Assembly: GCA_039588295.1 (NCBI GenBank)
Contig: JBDHAB010000063.1
Location: forward strand, 1-21,435
Origin: Gemmatimonadota bacterium
Lineage (GTDB): Bacteria; Gemmatimonadota; Gemmatimonadetes; Gemmatimonadales; GWC2-71-9
Reading direction: 5' to 3'
Length of the DNA: 21,435 nucleotides
The translations under genes and the position numbers were made by a program. Positions 15,991 through 21,435 of this stretch are shown here, one piece after another; positions within the stretch are counted from its first letter, which is position 1, and every line of letters begins with the position of its first letter. The notes under the pieces are model-generated. The model ran no database searches. It saw nothing but the letters and a program-made list of their open reading frames with translations, and was not told the origin of the DNA.

Positions 15991-16452
15991 TCAGGCCGTC
16001 TTGACCGCGCCCTTCTGATCGGAACCCGAGGCGTCCACGGAGAGCTGGACCGGATTGGGCTTTTCCCGCCGGGACACGTTGAGCCGGCCGTTGACCGATC
16101 CCCCCTCTTCCACGGAGATCCGCGGCGCGGTGATGTCGCCTTCGACGGTGCCGCCGGCCTTGAGCTCCACCAACTCCCCCGCCGTCACGTTGCCGTGCAC
16201 CTCACCGGCGATGGTGACCAGCCCGGTCCTGATGTCGCCCTGCACCGCGCCGCCCGGCGCCACGAGTACCTGACCCTTGGCACGGAGGTCCCCCTCCACT
16301 TTGCCCTCGATGCGCAGCACACCATCGGTTTCGAGCATCCCGGTAATCCGCGTTCCCGCCGCCAGAATCGAGAGTCCGGGCGACTCCTGGCCATAGGAAA
16401 GCTGTGACTGGGTCTGACGGGCTAGGCCTTTTGCGACGCGGAGGACTTGCAT
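15991..16452 (-). CDS. Bactofilin (polymer-forming cytoskeletal protein, CcmA family)
   Basis: SILAAGTRITG.L...G.LRIEG.VEG..., repeated V.G.I/V units, ISVEEGG.VNG. GGAG upstream of ATG. Confidence 0.92.
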   Translation of the reverse strand: MQVLRVAKGLARQTQSQLSYGQESPGLSILAAGTRITGMLETDGVLRIEGKVEGDLRAKGQVLVAPGGAVQGDIRTGLVTIAGEVHGNVTAGELVELKAGGTVEGDITAPRISVEEGGSVNGRLNVSRREKPNPVQLSVDASGSDQKGAVKTA

Positions 16453-16611
16453 CGTGCGGCTCCAGGGGAAGGGTGGCTATGGGCGAACATAGTCCCGAGG
16501 GAAACCACTCCGGCGTGACGGGGATCACGTGGGCGGCTCGGCGCCGCTGCCTTGACCTTCGCTTGACGCGCGAGCGCGATCGTACCTCCGGACCGTTCTG
16601 CGGGGGGCCTC

Positions 16612-17220
16612 ATGCGTGCGTTGGTGATTGTTGTCATCGGATCTCTTGGCTGGGCCGCAGCGACCGTTGCCCAGGAACCGCCCCCCAGGCAAGCCGACCG
16701 GCCCCGCACTTCGCTGTTCTACGAGGCGACCGTTGCGAAGGCGATCGGTCCCGGCGCCCCTTCCTCCACCGGGGGCCTCCACACGAGCTGGGAGCTGGGC
16801 ATCATGGCCCCCTGCCGGGCCAACTGCTGGGGCGGCAGCATGTTCGTGGCGGTCAACGACTTCGACGGCCCGGTCGTGTTCGCCCGGACCGTTGGGCTCC
16901 GGGTGCGGTACCGTCATAAGCTCGGGTCCAAGGCCGGGCTCGACGCGGGCTTGGGGCCCATATGGCACAGGACCCGCCGCATCAACCTGGATCAACATCT
17001 AGGTATCGGCGCACTCGTCGCCGTGAATTACGGCAACTGGCTGGGAGTGACCCTGCAAATCGAAGCACTGAGGGGAATCTCGCTGCGCACAGGCACCCGG
17101 GAAACGGATTGGGACGCCTATCTCGGACTGCGCACGAGCGGCAACCCGGCCATCCTGGTCTCGCTGCTCGAGTTAGCCGTGGTCGGCACCATGGCCGGCT
17201 TGTATGCGGCGGCCTACTGA
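16612..17220 (+). CDS. Secreted hypothetical protein, beta-strand-rich, possibly outer membrane
   Basis: Signal peptide MRALVIVVIGSLGWAAATVAQ. Alternating strands (GLRVRYR, LDAGLG, LGVTLQIE, AYLGLR). Hydrophobic C-terminal helix. Fills the gap between divergent and convergent neighbours. Confidence 0.65.
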   Translation: MRALVIVVIGSLGWAAATVAQEPPPRQADRPRTSLFYEATVAKAIGPGAPSSTGGLHTSWELGIMAPCRANCWGGSMFVAVNDFDGPVVFARTVGLRVRYRHKLGSKAGLDAGLGPIWHRTRRINLDQHLGIGALVAVNYGNWLGVTLQIEALRGISLRTGTRETDWDAYLGLRTSGNPAILVSLLELAVVGTMAGLYAAAY

Positions 17221-17233
17221 GGACGGGCCAGCT

Positions 17234-18283
17234 CTATTCGTCGCCGCTCACCACGCGATTCCGCCCGGCCGCCTTCCCCTGATAGAGGCGGCGGTCGGCA
17301 ACGGCGATGAGCTGGGCGGCATCGGCAGCCTCAGCTGGAAACGCCGCGACGCCGATCGTGACAGTCAGCGCGCCCGACTGGAGCGGCGGTTTGAGCTCGC
17401 TACTACTCGTCGCCACACCCTGGCGGAGCCGCTCGGCGAGTTGTCCCGCAACGTCCAAGTCCGTGTGTGGCAGGAGCACGGCAAACTCCTCGCCACCGTA
17501 GCGACAAATCACATCGGCCGCACGCACATTGCGGGTGAGAATCCCGCTCAGCAGCACGAGGATGCGATCGCCCTCTTGATGCCCGTGCTGATCGTTGATC
17601 TGCTTGAACCGATCCGCGTCGATCAGGAAGAGGCTCGTGGGATCCTCGTAGCGTTTCGAGCGCTCCAGCTCCACCGGAAGCAAGCTGTCGAAGTACCCGC
17701 GGTTGAACACGCCCGTGAGCGGATCCCGCGCTGAGAACTGTTTCAGTTCACGGAGTTTGCGTCGCAGCTCCAGTTGGCTGACGACTTGTCGCGACAGCGC
17801 CTCGAGGGCCTCCTGCTGTTTCGCTGTCAGTTCCCGGGCCACCCGATCGATGACGCACAACGTGCCCAGGGCGTGTCCTCCCGGCACACGAAGGGGAGCG
17901 CCGGCATAGAACCGAATCTCGGGGTCGCCGACGACCAACGGGTTCCGGGCAAACCGTTCGTCGGTCGTCGCGTCGCGTACGACCAGCGTCTCGCGCCCCG
18001 CGATCGCGTGAGCGCAGAAGGCGATGTCGCGATGCGTCTCCGCCGCCTCCAGGCCGATTCTCGACTTGAACCACTGCCGATCCGAATCCACCAGACTCAC
18101 CAGCGCAATCGGCGTTTGGCAAATGTGCGAGGCGAGGAGCGTCAGATCGTCGAAGCCCTGCTCCGGCTCCGTGTCGAGAATGTCGTACTGCTCGAGGGTC
18201 TCGAGCCGCTCAGGTTCGTCCGGCGGGAGCGGCGGTCGGGGGTACTCTCCGGCCGGCCGATGGCTGCGCTTTGTTGCCGACAC
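17234..18283 (-). CDS. GAF-GGDEF diguanylate cyclase
   Basis: DEPERLETLEQYDILDT...RQWFKS...FCAHAI...IRFYAGAPL...GTLCVID GAF domain. DPLTGVFNR, DADRFKQIND..GH..GD, RAAD I-site and GGEEF active site. Confidence 0.95.
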   Translation of the reverse strand: MSATKRSHRPAGEYPRPPLPPDEPERLETLEQYDILDTEPEQGFDDLTLLASHICQTPIALVSLVDSDRQWFKSRIGLEAAETHRDIAFCAHAIAGRETLVVRDATTDERFARNPLVVGDPEIRFYAGAPLRVPGGHALGTLCVIDRVARELTAKQQEALEALSRQVVSQLELRRKLRELKQFSARDPLTGVFNRGYFDSLLPVELERSKRYEDPTSLFLIDADRFKQINDQHGHQEGDRILVLLSGILTRNVRAADVICRYGGEEFAVLLPHTDLDVAGQLAERLRQGVATSSSELKPPLQSGALTVTIGVAAFPAEAADAAQLIAVADRRLYQGKAAGRNRVVSGDE

Positions 18284-18442
18284 TGCTCCCCCGAGCTGTA
18301 GGGTTCCACACGAAGCTCTGGTTCTCGTCCACCAACTTGTTGCCCATATGCGGACTACGCCAGTTTACGAACCGGGTGCGTCGCGCCGTCCGACGGAGCA
18401 GTGCGTCGACGCCACGTAGGTTGGGTGCGGCGGCTCATTAGA

Positions 18443-18466
18443 AACGGATGGAGGGATAGACGGAGG
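18443..18466. repeat. Third octamer run (single orientation)
   Basis: AACGGATG-GAGGGATA-GACGGAGG downstream of the GH18 stop, with the same GRCGGA core as 1434 and 3998. Confidence 0.4.
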
Positions 18467-18497
18467 TCCAACGCTGAATGCCAGCGCACTGTGTGCG

Positions 18498-19586
18498 CTA
18501 GCGGCGTCTCGTGGACAGCACCTCCCAGATGGCCCGGTCCTCGGGCCCCAAGACCCACGCCGAAAACCCGCGCAAGCCATACTCGTCCAGCAGTCCGAGT
18601 TTCGCCTGGAAACTCCGGGCGTTCTCGAAGAAGAGCCACTCGAACGTGCCACCTCGTGAGTAGAACCCGTAGGGGACTTGGTGGACGTCACTCCACAGCG
18701 GCTCCGCACCGTGACGCTCGAGCAATCCGAGCGCCCACGCGTGGCTCACGCCACGGCTGTAGGAGCGGGCCATCTCGGGCGTGATCTTGTCCTCCTGCGA
18801 CACGTACCAGTGTTGCCCTCCCAAGGGAATCCCCAGGGACAGTTTCTCGGCCGGCATGTGCTCGAGAAAGAACTCGACCACCTCGCGCACCCAGGGAATG
18901 CCGGCCTCCGGACCGGGTGGCGTGCGCCGTGTGTGCTGTGAGTAGGTCATCACCGAGATGAAATCGCCCGCCTCGGCGATGGCGCGGAGGTCGTAGCCAC
19001 CACGCCAGTTCTCGAACAGCCAGGCGTGGTACCGGGTGGGCCCCGGCAGGACATCCGGCCGGTGCACGACCGCCATCGAGATCTGGAAGCTCTCGCGATG
19101 CAAGGCGTCCGCCGCCTCACGATAGAACCGTGTGTAACGGTCCCGGTCGGCGGTGTTGATGTTCTCGAAGTCGAACTGAATCCCGAGATAGCCGTGCCGC
19201 CGGCACAGCTCCACCATGCTGCGCACGGCACGGGCGCGCGCCGTGTCGCTGGCCAGGAGCGCGCTCAGCATCTCCTGATTGAACCCCGGATTCACGATGA
19301 GTGGCATCACACCGACCCGGTGCTCCTTTGCGAGGGCCACGACCCGGGGATCCACATCACCCCAAACGATGCCCTGCTCGTTCACCGAGTAGGCGGAGGG
19401 GCTCAGGATGGTGATCTCGTCGATGTGCGCCAGAAGACTCTGGTAGCTGGTCTCCCGATCGACGTAGTAGAACAACCGCTCGATGCGGTCCTGTGCAGCG
19501 AGCGGTGGGGCCACCGCCCCGAGCACCACCATCGTGCTCAGAACGCGGCCCCACCGCACTCGGCTGCTCCGTCTGTTCGCGAACAC
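18498..19586 (-). CDS. Secreted glycoside hydrolase family 18 (YaaH/SleL-like subgroup)
   Basis: GIQFDFE catalytic DxE, VMTYSQH, PAEKLSLGIP, FENARS...K, GFSAWVLG. Probable GTG 19586 lies 1 nt after the SusD stop (alternative ATG near 19532). Signal peptide ends LAAQ. Confidence 0.88.
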   Translation of the reverse strand: MFANRRSSRVRWGRVLSTMVVLGAVAPPLAAQDRIERLFYYVDRETSYQSLLAHIDEITILSPSAYSVNEQGIVWGDVDPRVVALAKEHRVGVMPLIVNPGFNQEMLSALLASDTARARAVRSMVELCRRHGYLGIQFDFENINTADRDRYTRFYREAADALHRESFQISMAVVHRPDVLPGPTRYHAWLFENWRGGYDLRAIAEAGDFISVMTYSQHTRRTPPGPEAGIPWVREVVEFFLEHMPAEKLSLGIPLGGQHWYVSQEDKITPEMARSYSRGVSHAWALGLLERHGAEPLWSDVHQVPYGFYSRGGTFEWLFFENARSFQAKLGLLDEYGLRGFSAWVLGPEDRAIWEVLSTRRR

Positions 19587-19587
19587 C

Positions 19588-20883
19588 TTAGCAGGGATTG
19601 CTGGGGTTCGCGTCACACTCCTGCTGCGGGATCGGCAGGTACTGGAACACCGGCGTGGTCGTCAACGCTTCACCGAACCGCCGGACGTCTTCCCACCGGA
19701 GTCCCTGCATGTACAACTCGTAGCGCCGCTCGTACGCGATCTGCGCGAGCAGTTCCGCTTCCGAATCGAGCGCGGCATCCGGCAACGCCGGCAGATCGGC
19801 CAGCGGCTCGTCCACCGCCGAGCTGCTCTGCGTGCGCACGTCGTTCACGAGCGTACGGGCTTCGGCGAGCTGCCCTTGTCGGGTCAGCGCCTCCGCTTTG
19901 ATGAGCCGCATTTCGTCCGGCAGGTATACCGGAAACGGATCATTGGGCGACGTGTACTTGTTGAGCGGCAACAAGAGCGAGTCTGGGTTGCCGGGAAAAG
20001 CCGCCGCGGTGTTATCCACCCAATAGGCAACTCGCCCATCCCCCGCCTCCGCCTCGTTGACCCAGCTCTCGAGCGCAAACACGTACTCGAGCTGGAAGCT
20101 GAGGTTCTCTACAGGGTTGCGGTTGGGATCCGGATACGAAAACACCGACGACACCGCAACGTCGACGCGATCGGCGGCCGTGATGGCCTCGCCGTACTGG
20201 CCGTCGATCAGGTAGTACCGGGCCAGCATGGCGTCGATCGTGTTCCGGAGATCGAAGCCGGCGCCCAGCGCGCGGCTGCGGAAGCCCGCGAGATCCGCAT
20301 CCGAGAACCCGGCGATGTCCGTCCGTGCCGATTCCAGCAACGCCAGAACAGTATCCAACACTGCCGCGCGCGGCTGCGGCACGGGGCCCTCGACGCTGAC
20401 GTCGATCGGGACCTCCTCGTAGATCATGATGAGCGATCCGAGCGCCATGGACTTGTACAGCTTGGCCACCGCAATGAGTCCGGCGTCGAACGCGGGGCCG
20501 ATCTCGAAACTCGGTGCATTGCCGAGCAACGCATTCGCCGCCTTGACGGTCCGGTACGCGGCCGCCCAGGGCGCTTCGACCACTGCGTACGACGGATCGA
20601 AGTTTTCGCCGTCCAACAGTGACCGGTACGAGACAAGCGAGCGTGAACCGGTGCCCCACTCGTCGGTCCCGAGGGACGACGGGAGCAGGAAATCCTCGAT
20701 GTCCGACCCATACTCGCTCTGCATGCCGACCGCAGCGGCAATGATCCCCTCGATCGAGGTGAACACCGCCTCTTCCGTCGGTGCATTGGGATTGGTGAGG
20801 TTGAGCTCGCACCCTCCGGTGCCGAGGAGGACGACCAGCAGGGTGGCCCCACACCTCGACAGCAATCGCTGTGCGTTTTTCAT
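19588..20883 (-). CDS. susD: RagB/SusD family nutrient-uptake outer membrane lipoprotein
   Basis: Lipobox-like GGC followed by NPNAP. W...Y..V..AN, A.LARYYL, EM.LIKAEA, N.VR, ERRYEL..QGLRW.D.RR, LPIP..E...NP. Confidence 0.93.
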   Translation of the reverse strand: MKNAQRLLSRCGATLLVVLLGTGGCELNLTNPNAPTEEAVFTSIEGIIAAAVGMQSEYGSDIEDFLLPSSLGTDEWGTGSRSLVSYRSLLDGENFDPSYAVVEAPWAAAYRTVKAANALLGNAPSFEIGPAFDAGLIAVAKLYKSMALGSLIMIYEEVPIDVSVEGPVPQPRAAVLDTVLALLESARTDIAGFSDADLAGFRSRALGAGFDLRNTIDAMLARYYLIDGQYGEAITAADRVDVAVSSVFSYPDPNRNPVENLSFQLEYVFALESWVNEAEAGDGRVAYWVDNTAAAFPGNPDSLLLPLNKYTSPNDPFPVYLPDEMRLIKAEALTRQGQLAEARTLVNDVRTQSSSAVDEPLADLPALPDAALDSEAELLAQIAYERRYELYMQGLRWEDVRRFGEALTTTPVFQYLPIPQQECDANPSNPC

Positions 20884-20895
20884 GGTGCCGCCCTC

Positions 20896-21435
20896 CTAGA
20901 AGTTGAGGCCAAGGCTGAAGGTAAACGTCCGCGGCAATGGCACCGTCGCGAAATCCACCCCGCGTGACACCGTACTCGCCGAGAACATGTTGACTTCGGG
21001 ATCGAGACCCCGATAGTCGGTGAACGTCAGCAGGTTGCGCCCTGCGATCCGGAGCGTGAGGCTCTGGGCGCCGATTCGCCGTATGAACGGCTGGTCGAAC
21101 CGGAATTGGAACGCGATTTCACGCAGCCGCACGAAGGTCCCGTCTTCGACGTACTCCTCGTATATCTGGATGCGGCCGTTGGGATTGAGTACAAAGGTGC
21201 GCGGGACGGTGTCACCTGTGACTTCCATCCCGACGATTTCGTCCGCACCGAAGTACTCGCTGATGCGTCGCGTGAAGTTGGCCACGTCGTTGCCGAAACG
21301 GCCGTCCAGCAGGAAGCTCACCTGGATGTTCCGACCCAGATCGATCGTGTTGCTCAAGCTGGCGATGAGATCGGGGTTGGGATCACCGATGACGCGCCGC
21401 GCGAACGGCGTGCTGCCGTCGGGCAACGTGTCGCG
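20896..21435 (-). CDS. susC: SusC/RagA TonB-dependent receptor, C-terminal part (truncated by window edge)
   Basis: IGDPNPD, YVEDGTFVRLREI, GRNL.TFTDY.GLDPE, P.PRTF..GLNF with terminal Phe. Frame is open to the window end. Confidence 0.93.
   Translation of the reverse strand, partial: RDTLPDGSTPFARRVIGDPNPDLIASLSNTIDLGRNIQVSFLLDGRFGNDVANFTRRISEYFGADEIVGMEVTGDTVPRTFVLNPNGRIQIYEEYVEDGTFVRLREIAFQFRFDQPFIRRIGAQSLTLRIAGRNLLTFTDYRGLDPEVNMFSASTVSRGVDFATVPLPRTFTFSLGLNF

Noticed and set aside
18284..18440. Possible c-di-GMP riboswitch or ncRNA upstream of the diguanylate cyclase
   Set aside because: Only short GC hairpins, with no recognisable GEMM or other consensus. An Infernal/Rfam scan would be needed to decide.
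20..21248. Many long overlapping or antisense ORFs (e.g. 8225-9733 +, 14302-15678 +, 19483-20622 +, 4319-5350 +)
   Set aside because: Arg/Pro/Ala-rich shadow frames expected from stop-codon scarcity at high GC. Each overlaps a well-supported gene and shows no motifs.

Overview
GC-rich bacterial genomic window. The inferred lineage is Gemmatimonadota-like, based on the characteristic 'RLSTAVADHYRIE...GRGGMATVYLA...LGADRFLHEI' Ser/Thr kinase together with a SusC/SusD pair at high GC. It holds about 20 CDS and no recognisable RNA gene, transposase, integrase or CRISPR array. Left part: CocE/NonD hydrolase (5'-truncated), TM2-like membrane protein, Ig-domain PQQ-type sugar dehydrogenase lipoprotein, small membrane protein, PD40-amidohydrolase, membrane Ser/Thr kinase, DUF3568-like lipoprotein, M28 peptidase and a serine hydrolase-TPR. 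Middle: ProXp-ala/PrdX tRNA editor, ArsR-SRPBCC operon, and an XRE regulator plus a conserved 334-aa protein of unknown function. Right: bactofilin, secreted hypothetical protein, GAF-GGDEF cyclase and a SusC-SusD-GH18 locus (SusC truncated). Most notable observations: (1) the XRE + unknown-protein cassette with a perfect 9-1-9 palindrome, the best candidate for an uncharacterised system; (2) the amidohydrolase's RBS, ATG and signal peptide are out of frame with the gene body; (3) an ArsR 11-2-11 palindrome centred on its own start codon behind a TTGACA promoter; (4) recurring intergenic elements made of inverted octamer runs, plus a heptamer tandem array; (5) an RBS-sequestering hairpin. All family assignments come from motif recognition, not database searches.
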